Assembly: GCA_048375035.1 (NCBI GenBank)
Contig: DBGEDL010000056.1
Location: 1,298 to 65,297, forward strand
DNA length: 64,000 nucleotides
Origin: Collinsella sp.
Lineage (GTDB): Bacteria > Actinomycetota > Coriobacteriia > Coriobacteriales > Coriobacteriaceae
Direction: 5' to 3'
Shown here in pieces: positions 19,201-27,586 of the stretch (position 1 is its first letter; the number at the start of each line of letters is the position of its first letter). The position numbers were made by a program, and so were the translations under genes. The notes beneath the pieces are model-generated. The model was not told where the DNA came from, did not search any database, and was given only the letters and a program-made list of their open reading frames with translations.

Positions 19201-19498
19201 TGGCATCCTGCGCGCGATCGGCGCGTCGAAGCGCAACGTGGCCAACGTATTCAATGCCGAGACCTTTATCGAGGGCCTCATCGCCGGCGTCTTTGCCATT
19301 GTCGTCGTGGTGGCCGTGAGCTTCCCGGTTAATACCTGGGCGCTTGCGGCCAAACAGGTCCCCAACCTGATGAGCCTGCCCGTGCAGGATGCGCTGGTGC
19401 TCATTGCAATTTCGGTGTTGCTGACGGTCGTTGCCGGTCTGCTGCCGGCCCGTAGCGCATCCAAAAAGGACCCCGTGGAGGCCCTTCGTTCCGAATAA
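16244..19498 (+). CDS. Fused ABC transporter (MacB-type ATPase plus large extracytoplasmic domain plus FtsX permease)
   Basis: ATG 16244 (GGGAGAGG RBS). Walker A GPSGSGKTT, signature LSGGQMQRVAIARAL, Walker B IVLADEPTGALD. C-terminal FtsX-like TM bundle. Confidence 0.9.
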   Translation: MLELKGICKRYVTQSFTQVALDNVSLAFRDNEFVAILGPSGSGKTTMLNVIGGLDHFDSGDLLIDGISTKDFHDRDWDAYRNNRIGFVFQSYNLIPHQTILENVELALTLTGVGHAERRQRARKALEAVGLGEHVNKRPSQLSGGQMQRVAIARALINDPEIVLADEPTGALDSTTSVQVMDLLKDVARDRLVIMVTHNPELAYQYATRIVNLADGKITDDSDPFDVAKAARREAKPTRKTSMSFVTALGLSARNLMTKKGRTAMTAFAGSIGIIGIAAILALSNGVNGYIKKVEEDTLSSYPLTISKQDYDLSSMMGGQGTADDDSPENVESSDDSAGGKAQGADKIPVVTAVKDMFASVKSNDMTSFKAWLDAGGDGIDKEVNAIQYGYGVSPVVYRAGKGDEKPVRLVPNAMTEAMSGGASSAATVSMESMGTSVFNEMIDDQSLLDSQYDVVAGHWPTSANEAVMVLSSRGTVGDYTLYSIGALDINELNNLVNSAMTADGGIEAPETGTDFTYDDALSTTFKVLSPADAYRKNEETGMWTDMSGDADFMAAKVADGIDVHIVGVVRPNETANASALSPGIAYTHALTRQLMERAADSQIVQEQLAHPETDVFTGKTFDELQGEAKQGVDLGSMFSVDEAALKSAFSFDTSALSGAADGMDLSGIDLSGLDIDLSSVGKDIDFSDIMAKAPAPDFSGIFDGLELTPEQMQQVGTLANQLFEGFLQSDQFKALSPEDLKDTSRFAAAFSAYLESDTAAQQILAQLKALGGDALAERLQQAMTDYVQKQLAPYLQQAMDQVMKSISDQIAATVSAQLRAGAAGLMGQMATQMSSSFANLASAMRVDASAFAHAIHFNMDAEDLSSLMMSYAKASKLTYDNNLTTLGYADEADPISVKIFPRDFEAKERVLDHIDAYNKQVKAAGHDEQAISYTDYMGIIMGSVTDIVNTISLVLIAFVSISLVVSSIMIGIITYISVLERKKEIGILRAIGASKRNVANVFNAETFIEGLIAGVFAIVVVVAVSFPVNTWALAAKQVPNLMSLPVQDALVLIAISVLLTVVAGLLPARSASKKDPVEALRSE

Positions 19499-19526
19499 TG
19501 TGACAAAGGGACAACCCTTTTGTCAC
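19499..19526. repeat. Family A palindrome, imperfect copy
   Basis: TGTGACAAAGGGACAACCCTTTTGTCAC, starting immediately after the ABC stop codon TAA (19496-19498). Confidence 0.85.
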
Positions 19527-19616
19527 GGCTAAAAGCAAGGAAGTCGCAAGGGTTGGGGCGGGGTTGTCGGCGAGTGCCCTCGGATACAATCGAAGCCGTG
19601 CTAGAAAGAGGCTTCG

Positions 19617-22061
19617 ATGATTAGAAAATCGTTCTTTAATCCGTTCTCGTCGCTGCTGCTTGCGCTTGCCGGGCTGGCTTTTTTGGTCGATGTCCTGCCG
19701 CAGGTGGAAGGCCAGACGGGCGTGTTCGCGCCAGCTGTGCTCTTTTTGATGTGGCTGGTGGGCGGCCTGGTGCGCCTGTTTTACGAAAATGAGGCCAAGC
19801 GCAGCTTTGATCGCCATATGTTTAAAGCGAACCACGCGGCCGTTTGGAAACGCGTCGATGCGTGTTGGATTCAAGTTGATGCCGACCGGCTTGTGCCCGG
19901 CGACGTCGTCCGCCTATATGCCGGCATGCTCTGCCCGGTCGACGTGACCCTTGCCAAGGGCGACCAGGTCCTTGTCTCGGAATCGTCGCTTACAGGCGAG
20001 AGCGGTCAGACCGCCAAGCGGGAAGGGGAGACCGTTCGCGCGGGAACGACCATTGTCGACGGCAAGGCGTCGGCAACCGTCCTCGCCCGCATTGCCGATG
20101 AGCAGCCCGTTTTGCGCCGTCGCGCTCGAATGGGCACACAGTTTGGTGCCGGCGCCAAGAGCATCTGCGCCGCCCTGGTAAGATGCATGCTCATCGTACT
20201 GCCGTTTGTCATTATGATTCGAGGCTTTGTGCTGGGCGACTGGGCGCAGGCACTGCTGTTTGCCCTGGGCACGGCCGTGGGCCTGGTTCCCGAAATGCTG
20301 CCGGTTGTCACGAGCGTTTGCCTTTCGGGCAGTGCCCATCGACTAAAAAACAAGCAGGTCATCGTTAAGAACGTTGACGCCATGGAGTCACTGGGCTCCA
20401 TGGACGTGGTGTGCGTTGACAAGACAGGCACGCTCACCGAAGATGCCGCGGTGCTCGAGTACTACACCGATATCCTGGGCAACGAAAGCGAGCAGACGCT
20501 CAACCTGGCGTATCTGGAGAGCACGAGCCAGGGGGCCGCTGCCAATCAGCTCAATCGGGCCATTGCCGATGCGTGCGCGGCACCCGAGCTGCACCTTGCC
20601 GCGAAAGACCTTGGCCACGCCTTTGCACTGCATGCCTCTGACCCCTTCGACCACGTCACCAAGGCTTCGGGTGTCAAGCTCGACGCCACGCCCGGGGCGC
20701 TTGGTTGTTTGGGGCTACAGGTTCGCCCCGGCAATCATCTGACCATCGTAAAGGGCGAGGTTGAAAGCGTGTGCACACGCTGCGCCTGGGCAAACTTTAA
20801 GGGCGAGCTGGTGCCCATGGATGCCGATGGCCGTCAGAGCGCCTACGAGGTTGCCGAGGACATGCGCGCCGATGGCATCAAAGTGCTCGCCGTCGCCTAT
20901 AGCACGACGTCGGCGGACTGGGATGACCTGGTGCTGTGCGGCTTTTTGGGCTTTTTCGATCGGCCCAAGGCGAGCGCTCGTGCCGCCGTGCAGGCGCTGT
21001 CTAACCTTTCCGTCGAGGTGCGCGTGCTCACGGGTGATTCGGCTTCGGTCGCTCGCTCAACATGCTCGCGCCTGGGCATTCCCGCCGATAGCGTTATCAC
21101 CGGCAGCATGCTTCAGGCCATGGAGGAATCCGAAGCGCTGATCCGGGTGGGGAAGGCTCGCGTGTTTGCCGAGCTTACGCCCGCACAGAAGGCGCAGATC
21201 GTTAGCCTGATTCGCCTCTCCGGCCACATCGTCGGCTATATCGGAGACGGCGTGAACGACGTGCCGGCGCTCACATCGGCAGACGTCGGCATTGTCGTGG
21301 ACTCGGCTGCGGCCGAATCCAAAAAGGTGGCCGACCTGGTGCTGCTCGAGCGCGACTTGGGTGTTGTCGCCGAGGGCGTCAGCGAGGGCAGGACTTCGTT
21401 CGCCAATGCCTCCAAGTACATCCGTATCGCATCGAGCTCCAACTTTGGCAATATCTGTTCGGTTGCCGCCTCGAGCATTTTCCTGCCCTTTGTGCCGGCA
21501 ACCGCTACCCAGCTGCTCTTGCTCAATCTGTGCTACGACGCCACCTGCCTGGCGCTTTCGTGGGATAACGTTGACGATGCAGAGATTGCCCGCCCCAGGG
21601 CCTGGTCGGGTAAGGGGCTCGGCAGCTTTATGCTTCATTTTGGCTTTGCGAGCTCGGCCTTCGACATCATTACGTTTGCCATTCTGTTCTTGGGCGTATG
21701 CCCCGCCGTCTGCGGCGCGCCCTTTGCCGCGCTCGACGCGGCGGGTCGAGCGGCCTTTATCGCGACCTTCCAAGCCGGCTGGCTGCTGGAATGCGCATGG
21801 ACCGAATCGCTCGTGCTCCTGGTGTTGCGAACGCGCAGTGTCCGCGACGGGGATCGTCCTTGCACACCGCTCGTGGTGATGGTTGCCGTCATGCTCGTTG
21901 TCACGGCGCTCCTTGCGCTCAGTCCGGTGGCGCAGCTGTTTGGGCTCGCCACGCTGCCTGTATGGTATCTGGGCATCGTTGCGCTGCTGAGCGTGTTGTA
22001 TCTTGTTGTTGCTTCGACGATCGAGCGGGTCTATCTGGCCCGCTCGAGCAGCTTATTCTAG
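19617..22061 (+). CDS. P-type ATPase, MgtA-like paralogue lacking the N-terminal cytoplasmic extension
   Basis: SLTGESGQ, CVDKTGTLTED, VLTGDS, GDGVNDVPAL. Aligns by eye with the downstream MgtA from its first TM onward. Confidence 0.85.
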   Translation: MIRKSFFNPFSSLLLALAGLAFLVDVLPQVEGQTGVFAPAVLFLMWLVGGLVRLFYENEAKRSFDRHMFKANHAAVWKRVDACWIQVDADRLVPGDVVRLYAGMLCPVDVTLAKGDQVLVSESSLTGESGQTAKREGETVRAGTTIVDGKASATVLARIADEQPVLRRRARMGTQFGAGAKSICAALVRCMLIVLPFVIMIRGFVLGDWAQALLFALGTAVGLVPEMLPVVTSVCLSGSAHRLKNKQVIVKNVDAMESLGSMDVVCVDKTGTLTEDAAVLEYYTDILGNESEQTLNLAYLESTSQGAAANQLNRAIADACAAPELHLAAKDLGHAFALHASDPFDHVTKASGVKLDATPGALGCLGLQVRPGNHLTIVKGEVESVCTRCAWANFKGELVPMDADGRQSAYEVAEDMRADGIKVLAVAYSTTSADWDDLVLCGFLGFFDRPKASARAAVQALSNLSVEVRVLTGDSASVARSTCSRLGIPADSVITGSMLQAMEESEALIRVGKARVFAELTPAQKAQIVSLIRLSGHIVGYIGDGVNDVPALTSADVGIVVDSAAAESKKVADLVLLERDLGVVAEGVSEGRTSFANASKYIRIASSSNFGNICSVAASSIFLPFVPATATQLLLLNLCYDATCLALSWDNVDDAEIARPRAWSGKGLGSFMLHFGFASSAFDIITFAILFLGVCPAVCGAPFAALDAAGRAAFIATFQAGWLLECAWTESLVLLVLRTRSVRDGDRPCTPLVVMVAVMLVVTALLALSPVAQLFGLATLPVWYLGIVALLSVLYLVVASTIERVYLARSSSLF

Positions 22062-22070
22062 GGCGGTTCT

Positions 22071-22553
22071 ATGCGTACCAACAGAACCAACATCGCGATT
22101 ACGCCGGCCGAGGCCGCCGAGCTCAGCAGCGCGCTGTTCTCGTCTGGCAGCGCTGCCGCCCTGGAGCTCGCGCCCGTGTTTGCCGATATCGCATCGGGCA
22201 AGCTGACTGCTATCGAGCTGGCGGTTGCCGGCTCGCAGGCAAGTGCCGCCACTGGACCCATCGTTATCGGCGAGCTTTCGATCGACCTGGCCTCGCGCAC
22301 CGTCAAGGTGTCGGACGCGCCGGTCTCGCTCACGCCCAAGGAGTTCGACATCCTTGCCTTTTTGGCGAGCAACCGGGGTACGGTCTTTAGCAAAGAGGAA
22401 ATCTACCGGGCGGTGTGGCAAAACGAGTATCTGCTCGATGACAGCAACATCATGGCCTTCGTCCGCAAAATTCGAAAGAAGATTGAGCCCGAACCAGACA
22501 ACCCCCACTACCTGCTGACTGTATGGGGCGTGGGCTACAAAATGGCCGAGTAA
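22071..22553 (+). CDS. Receiver-less OmpR/PhoB-type winged-helix DNA-binding protein
   Basis: The C-terminal 95 aa form a Trans_reg_C-like domain (LTPKEFDILAFLASNRGTVFSKEEIYRAVW..FVRKIRKKIE..LLTVWGVGYK). The N-terminal ~70 aa are Ala-rich with no receiver motifs. Start uncertain. Confidence 0.7.
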   Translation: MRTNRTNIAITPAEAAELSSALFSSGSAAALELAPVFADIASGKLTAIELAVAGSQASAATGPIVIGELSIDLASRTVKVSDAPVSLTPKEFDILAFLASNRGTVFSKEEIYRAVWQNEYLLDDSNIMAFVRKIRKKIEPEPDNPHYLLTVWGVGYKMAE

Positions 22554-22617
22554 CGCTTCGGGTATTCGCTCCCATCGATCCAAATAGTCACTTTGACAAT
22601 CCTTGCCAAATCGCAAG

Positions 22618-22660
22618 AAAGCCGCAAGAAACCAGCCATGTGCTCGGTCTTGCGGCTTTT
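22618..22660 (+). terminator. Rho-independent terminator
   Basis: AAAGCCGCAAGA-loop-TCTTGCGGCTTT followed by TCTATTCT. Confidence 0.75.
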
Positions 22661-22828
22661 CTATTCTGTAGACAGTCGCGGACGCGAAAGAGAGGTGAGG
22701 ACCGTGAGCGGCAGTGACAGTACCAGTAACGCAGGACGAAGTTGCCGGCGCGGGTCCACTTTGATGGGGGCGCGCGGCTGATTCGCCCTGCGTCCGATCG
22801 ATAGAACGGAGCGAGGCAATTGAAGAAG

Positions 22829-25588
22829 ATGACTATGCGCCATACGCCGTCTGCGGTTCAGGCGCAAAACGAACTGATGAGGCATCGCGCGGAGGGTCGC
22901 ATCCAGTATGCGGCGACCATTCCGCTGACGGAGGCCCTATCCTGGGTCGGCTCGAATCTCGGCGGCCTTAATCGCGACGAGGTCGCGCACAGCGAAGCCG
23001 ACAACGGGCGTAACGTGGTCACGCGTGGCAAGAAGAAGTCGATTGCCCGCAAGCTTGCGGACGCGTTCGTCAATCCCTTCACGGCGATTCTGTTTTTCCT
23101 GGCCATCATTTCGGCAGCGACCGACATGGTGTTTCCAGCGTTGTCGATGATGGGCAGCACGCCCGAAGACTTTGACCCGCTGACGGTGATCATCATCACC
23201 ACGATGGTCGTGCTCTCGGGCACGCTGCGCTATATCCAGGAAGCGCGCAGCGGCAACGCGGCCGAAAAGCTGCTCGATATGATTACGACCACCGTGACAG
23301 TCACCCGCGAGGATGCCCCTAGGACCGAGATTCCCATCGACGACGTGGTGGTTGGTGACATCGTGCACCTGTCCGCCGGTGACATGATTCCCGCCGATGT
23401 GAGAATCATTGAGGCTAAGGACCTCTTTGTGAGCCAGGCAAGCCTGACGGGCGAGAGCGAGCCGGTCGAGAAGGTTCCCGCGACGTGCACCGAGTCCGAT
23501 TCGGCAACGTCGTTCGAGAACATCGCCCTCATGGGCAGCAGTGTGATCTCGGGCAGCGCGACGGCGCTCGCCTTTAGCGTGGGCGAGCAGACCTTGTTTG
23601 GCTCTATGGCATCGAGCCTGTCCGAGGATGCCGTAGAGACGAGCTTTTCCAAAGGCGTCAATAGCGTCTCGTGGGTGCTCATCCGCTTTATGATGGTGAT
23701 GGTTCCGTTTGTCTTTATGATTAACGGCGTCACCAAGGGCGATTGGCTTAATGCTGGCCTGTTTGCCATCAGCATCGCCGTGGGCCTGACACCCGAGATG
23801 CTGCCCATGATCGTTACCACGTGCCTTGCCAAGGGCGCCGTGGCTATGAGCAAAAAGCAGACCATCGTTAAGAACCTCAACTCGATTCAAAACTTTGGCG
23901 CGATGGACGTGCTGTGCACGGACAAGACTGGCACGCTGACGCAGGACCAGGTGGTGCTGGAGTATCACTGGAACATCGATGGCCAGGAGGATTCGCGCGT
24001 TCTGCGCCATGCCTACCTCAACAGCTATTTCCAGACGGGCTACAAGAATCTGATGGATCTGGCGATCATCAAATGCACCGAGGAAGAGGAGCAAAACGAC
24101 CCGAGTCTCACCGACCTTTCCGAGGCCTATGTGAAGGTCGACGAGGTGCCGTTTGACTTTACGCGCCGTCGCCTTACCACCGTGGTGCGCGATCGAAGCG
24201 GCAAAACCCAGATGGTCACCAAGGGTGCAGTCGAGGAGATGCTGTCGGTGTGCTCGCATGCCGAGATTGACGGCGGCGTTCACGTGCTGGACGACGAGGT
24301 GCGCGAGCGCATTTTGGCAACGGTCGCCGACCTTAACGACGACGGCTTCCGCGTGTTGGCAATCGCTCAAAAGTCCAACCCGTCGCCTGTCGGTGCCTTT
24401 AGCGCCGATGATGAGCGCGACATGGTGCTGATCGGCTACCTGGCGTTTTTGGATCCGCCCAAAGAGTCCACGGCCGATGCTATCGAGGCGCTGCGCAACC
24501 ACGGTGTAGCCACCAAGATCTTGACCGGCGACAATGAGAAGGTCACGCGCACCATCTGCAAGCAGGTGGGACTCGAGGTCAACAACATGCTGCTCGGCAG
24601 CGATATCGCCGCAATGGACGACGCCGAGCTCGCTCGTCGCGCCGAGGACGTGCAGGTCTTTGCCAAGCTTACGCCCGATCAAAAAGCGCGCGTCGTGTCC
24701 GTGCTGCGTGCAAACGGTCATGTGGTGGGCTACATGGGCGACGGCATCAACGACGCCTCGGCCATGAAGTCGTCCGACATCGGCATCTCGGTCGATACTG
24801 CGGTCGACGTGGCCAAGGAGTCGGCCGATATCATCTTGCTCGAGAAGGATTTGATGGTGCTCGAGGAGGGCATCATCGAGGGGCGCAAGACCTACGCCAA
24901 CATGATCAAGTACATCAAGATGACCGCAAGCTCCAACTTCGGCAATATGTTCAGCGTGCTTGCCGCATCCGCCCTGCTGCCGTTTTTGCCGATGATGAGC
25001 ATCCAGCTGATCCTGCTCAACCTGATCTATGACTGCAGCTGCCTGGCGATTCCCTGGGACAACGTGGACGAGGAGTTCCTGCGCGTGCCGCGTACCTGGG
25101 ACGCTTCGAGTGTTGGCAGGTTCATGATCTGGATCGGGCCCACCAGCTCCATCTTCGACTTTATGACCTATATCTTTATGTACTTCGTTTTCTGCCCCCT
25201 GTTCGTGAGCCATGGCGTGCTGTTCAACGACCTGGCGAGCGTCTACTCGGGCGCCGCGCTGGAGCAGATGCAGCTGGCCTACATCGCGCTGTTCCAGGCT
25301 GGATGGTTCGTCGAGTCTATGTGGAGCCAGACGCTGGTCATCCACATGATCCGTACGCCTAAGTTGCCGTTTATCCAGAGCCGTGCCTCGGCTCCGGTGA
25401 TGCTGCTCACGATGACGGGCATCGCGCTGCTCACGCTGATCCCGTTTAGCCCGCTTGGCCCCACGCTGGGTCTGGGCGCCCTGCCTGTCGAGTACTTCTT
25501 GTTCCTGATTCCGTGCATCTTGCTGTACATGGCGCTGGCGACAAGCCTTAAGAAGGCCTACGTCAAGCGCTACGGCGAGCTGCTGTAG
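22829..25588 (+). CDS. mgtA: Magnesium-translocating P-type ATPase
   Basis: ORF 22820 (TTG)..25588. ATG 22829 is preferred (GGAGCGAGG upstream). [36 protein letters not shown], plus an MgtA-type N-terminal region. Confidence 0.9.
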   Translation: MTMRHTPSAVQAQNELMRHRAEGRIQYAATIPLTEALSWVGSNLGGLNRDEVAHSEADNGRNVVTRGKKKSIARKLADAFVNPFTAILFFLAIISAATDMVFPALSMMGSTPEDFDPLTVIIITTMVVLSGTLRYIQEARSGNAAEKLLDMITTTVTVTREDAPRTEIPIDDVVVGDIVHLSAGDMIPADVRIIEAKDLFVSQASLTGESEPVEKVPATCTESDSATSFENIALMGSSVISGSATALAFSVGEQTLFGSMASSLSEDAVETSFSKGVNSVSWVLIRFMMVMVPFVFMINGVTKGDWLNAGLFAISIAVGLTPEMLPMIVTTCLAKGAVAMSKKQTIVKNLNSIQNFGAMDVLCTDKTGTLTQDQVVLEYHWNIDGQEDSRVLRHAYLNSYFQTGYKNLMDLAIIKCTEEEEQNDPSLTDLSEAYVKVDEVPFDFTRRRLTTVVRDRSGKTQMVTKGAVEEMLSVCSHAEIDGGVHVLDDEVRERILATVADLNDDGFRVLAIAQKSNPSPVGAFSADDERDMVLIGYLAFLDPPKESTADAIEALRNHGVATKILTGDNEKVTRTICKQVGLEVNNMLLGSDIAAMDDAELARRAEDVQVFAKLTPDQKARVVSVLRANGHVVGYMGDGINDASAMKSSDIGISVDTAVDVAKESADIILLEKDLMVLEEGIIEGRKTYANMIKYIKMTASSNFGNMFSVLAASALLPFLPMMSIQLILLNLIYDCSCLAIPWDNVDEEFLRVPRTWDASSVGRFMIWIGPTSSIFDFMTYIFMYFVFCPLFVSHGVLFNDLASVYSGAALEQMQLAYIALFQAGWFVESMWSQTLVIHMIRTPKLPFIQSRASAPVMLLTMTGIALLTLIPFSPLGPTLGLGALPVEYFLFLIPCILLYMALATSLKKAYVKRYGELL

Positions 25589-25618
25589 TGGGGGATTGAT
25601 GCAGAAAGGAGCGTTTGC

Positions 25619-25774
25619 ATGAACTGGACGCAGATTTGGATGGACTTGTTTGGCACCACGGAGTGGCTCGGCCTTAACATGGGCTTTTGGGTGGCCAACG
25701 GCGTGGTGTTGGTGGTTGTCGTGATTATGAACGTTGTCTTTTGGAGCATGAAACCGCTGCCGAGGGATGAATAA
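25619..25774 (+). CDS. 51-codon single-TM small protein co-oriented with mgtA
   Basis: Not in the ORF track. AAAGGAG lies 8 nt before ATG 25619. Translation: MNWTQIWMDLFGTTEWLGLNMGFWVANGVVLVVVVIMNVVFWSMKPLPRDE. The terminator follows directly. Confidence 0.5.
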   Translation: MNWTQIWMDLFGTTEWLGLNMGFWVANGVVLVVVVIMNVVFWSMKPLPRDE

Positions 25775-25776
25775 CA

Positions 25777-25817
25777 AGCGAGGGGGCCGCCTGCCGGGCG
25801 ACCCCCTCGCTGTTTAT
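25777..25817 (+). terminator. Rho-independent terminator of the mgtA unit
   Basis: AGCGAGGGGG-loop-CCCCCTCGCT followed by GTTTAT. Confidence 0.75.
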
Positions 25818-25831
25818 AAGCACCAGTAAAT

Positions 25832-26013
25832 CGAAGGTGAATGGTTTCCCGAGAAGTGAACGACCTAATTTGGACCCCTGAAGCACCCACGTTTTTCGAC
25901 GCTAAAACCGCAGGATTTGAGTGATAAAACCGCAGGAATTGGCCTTCCCAAAGTGTCGATGCATCGAGGGTCCGATTTCACCCGTTCACTTCGCGGAAAA
26001 GCATTCACCTTCG
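25832..26013. repeat. 182-bp long imperfect inverted repeat (MITE-like or structured element)
   Basis: 31-nt termini CGAAGGTGAATGGTTTCCCGAGAAGTGAACG (25832-25862) and the complement of 25983-26013 match 28/31. Weaker complementarity continues inward. The centre holds a 13-nt direct repeat TAAAACCGCAGGA at 25903 and 25925. Confidence 0.6.
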
Positions 26014-26152
26014 TTGCGTAAGGCGACGGATGGAAGGGTGATTATCGTCAAGCAGCTACCTCTGCCTTGTGAATCATCTGAAGCACAAGGCATAATGCAT
26101 GTAACAAGGGGGCGGTTCCTTTGTCACATCCGTTGATATGAGAGAAGAGTAG

Positions 26153-27106
26153 ATGATTCTTTCGCTTGCCCCTATGGAGGGGATTACCGGGCATGTGTTC
26201 CGTCGCGTGCATGCGGAGTGCTTCGGTGCGCTCGATTGCTATTACACGCCGTTTTTGCCGCCGCCGCGGGTGGGAAACCGCTTTGGCGGCAAGGCGTTTA
26301 AGGAAGTCGATCCGGCTAACAACCAAGGGCTCAACGTGGTGCCCCAGCTCATGTCCAAGAACGCGGACGAGTTTGTGTGGGCGGCACAGGTGCTCGCCGA
26401 CATGGGCTATCGGGAGGTCAATCTCAACCTGGGTTGCCCTTCGGGAACGGTTGTCGCTAAGGGCAAGGGCTCGGGTTTCTTGCGCAATCTCGACGAGCTC
26501 GAGGTGTTCTTGAGTGATGTGTGCGAGCGGTCGCCGTTGCCGGTATCGGTAAAGACCAGGCTGGGGCTGGAGAGCGACGACGAATACGAGCGCGTGCTCG
26601 ATCTATATTGCCACATGCCGCTGGCAGAGCTGATCGTGCATCCGCGCGTACAGAAGGACCGCTATACGGGCTCGACGCGCAAAGAGTTTTATGGCGAGAC
26701 GCTGGAGCGCGCGCCGTTCCCCGTGGCCTATAACGGCGACATTTTCGATCTTGAGGATATGGACGCACTGGTGGAGGCCTATCCCGGGACACGCCATGTG
26801 ATGCTGGGGCGTGGCTTGCTTGCGAACCCCGCGCTGGCTCGCATGGTCAAGGGCGGCCCCACTGCAACGGCTGCTGAGCTGCAGCGTTTCCACGATACGC
26901 TGTTTGCGGCCTATGCAGAAGAGATTGGCGGTAATGCGGTCTTTCGTATGAAGGAGTGGTGGTTCTACGCCAAGTGCGCTTTCGCCGACCCCGCTACCGT
27001 TCACAAACTCGTACGTAAGACCAAAAAGGTCGACGAATACCGCGCCGCCGTCGAGCGCGTCTTTCGCGAGCAGCCACTCGCACCCACAGCCCGCTTCCAC
27101 GGCTAG
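26153..27106 (+). CDS. tRNA-dihydrouridine synthase family protein
   Basis: MILSLAPMEGITGHVFRRV..NLNLGCPS..: a Dus-type TIM-barrel signature. Confidence 0.85.
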   Translation: MILSLAPMEGITGHVFRRVHAECFGALDCYYTPFLPPPRVGNRFGGKAFKEVDPANNQGLNVVPQLMSKNADEFVWAAQVLADMGYREVNLNLGCPSGTVVAKGKGSGFLRNLDELEVFLSDVCERSPLPVSVKTRLGLESDDEYERVLDLYCHMPLAELIVHPRVQKDRYTGSTRKEFYGETLERAPFPVAYNGDIFDLEDMDALVEAYPGTRHVMLGRGLLANPALARMVKGGPTATAAELQRFHDTLFAAYAEEIGGNAVFRMKEWWFYAKCAFADPATVHKLVRKTKKVDEYRAAVERVFREQPLAPTARFHG

Positions 27107-27170
27107 CTAGTCATTGGCCATTGGGGACGTTCTTTAACGACTAGTCATTTAAGAACGTCCCCGATGACTA
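27107..27170. repeat. Two inverted copies of the ~30-bp family B element (TAGTCATT-yAAGAACGTCCCC-rATGACTA)
   Basis: Read directly. Also forms a GGGGACGTTCTTTAA/TTAAGAACGTCCCC hairpin (27123-27162). A third copy is at 51005-51035. Confidence 0.8.
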
Positions 27171-27182
27171 CCCACAAATAGT

Positions 27183-27237
27183 TGTACACCAGCATCCAAA
27201 GATGTCGAAAAATGTCGACTTTGGATGCTGGTGTACA
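27183..27237. terminator. Perfect 19-bp-stem hairpin between convergent genes (probable bidirectional terminator)
   Basis: TGTACACCAGCATCCAAAG-N17-CTTTGGATGCTGGTGTACA. The loop contains ATGTCGA twice. Confidence 0.55.
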
Positions 27238-27289
27238 TGTTTGTGCCGTATGGGTTTGTGCGTTGGGACGGGCCGACCGCAATAGCACG

Positions 27290-27535
27290 CTAGAGCAGGT
27301 TCTTCTGTACCCACGCGATGATGTCGCTCGATTCGTAGAGCGGTTTGCCGTTAATGAACAGGCAGGGAACCTGGCGTTTTCCGCCGATGGCGATGAGTGT
27401 CTGTTCGGCATCGGAATCGGTCGAGATATTGCGCTCGGGAATGGTCACGCCGTTATCTGCCAGAAAGCGCTTGACCTTTATGCAATACGGGCAGCCGGTC
27501 ATAACGTAGAGCACGAGCTCGTGATCAGTAGCCAT
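27290..27535 (-). CDS. Glutaredoxin-family protein
   Basis: ORF trimmed to ATG 27535. LVLYVMTGCPYCIKVKRFL..RQVPCLFINGKPL. Confidence 0.85.
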   Translation of the reverse strand: MATDHELVLYVMTGCPYCIKVKRFLADNGVTIPERNISTDSDAEQTLIAIGGKRQVPCLFINGKPLYESSDIIAWVQKNLL

Positions 27536-27586
27536 GGGTCTCCAATCGGTTGAGGTTTTGATTGAAATACCCAAAGCCGCCGCGGT

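Noticed and set aside
22661-22828. M-box (ykoK) Mg2+ riboswitch, or a leader peptide (GTG-initiated 25-codon ORF ending at 22781), upstream of mgtA.
   Set aside because: Only an AGGUGAGG block resembles the M-box 5' end. I could not find the other conserved blocks (AAAGACG, AAUGGGUCAACAG, GUGCUAAAGCUCUACG), and the leader is shorter than the ~160-nt aptamer. The short ORF has no distinguishing composition. An Rfam RF00380 scan would settle it.
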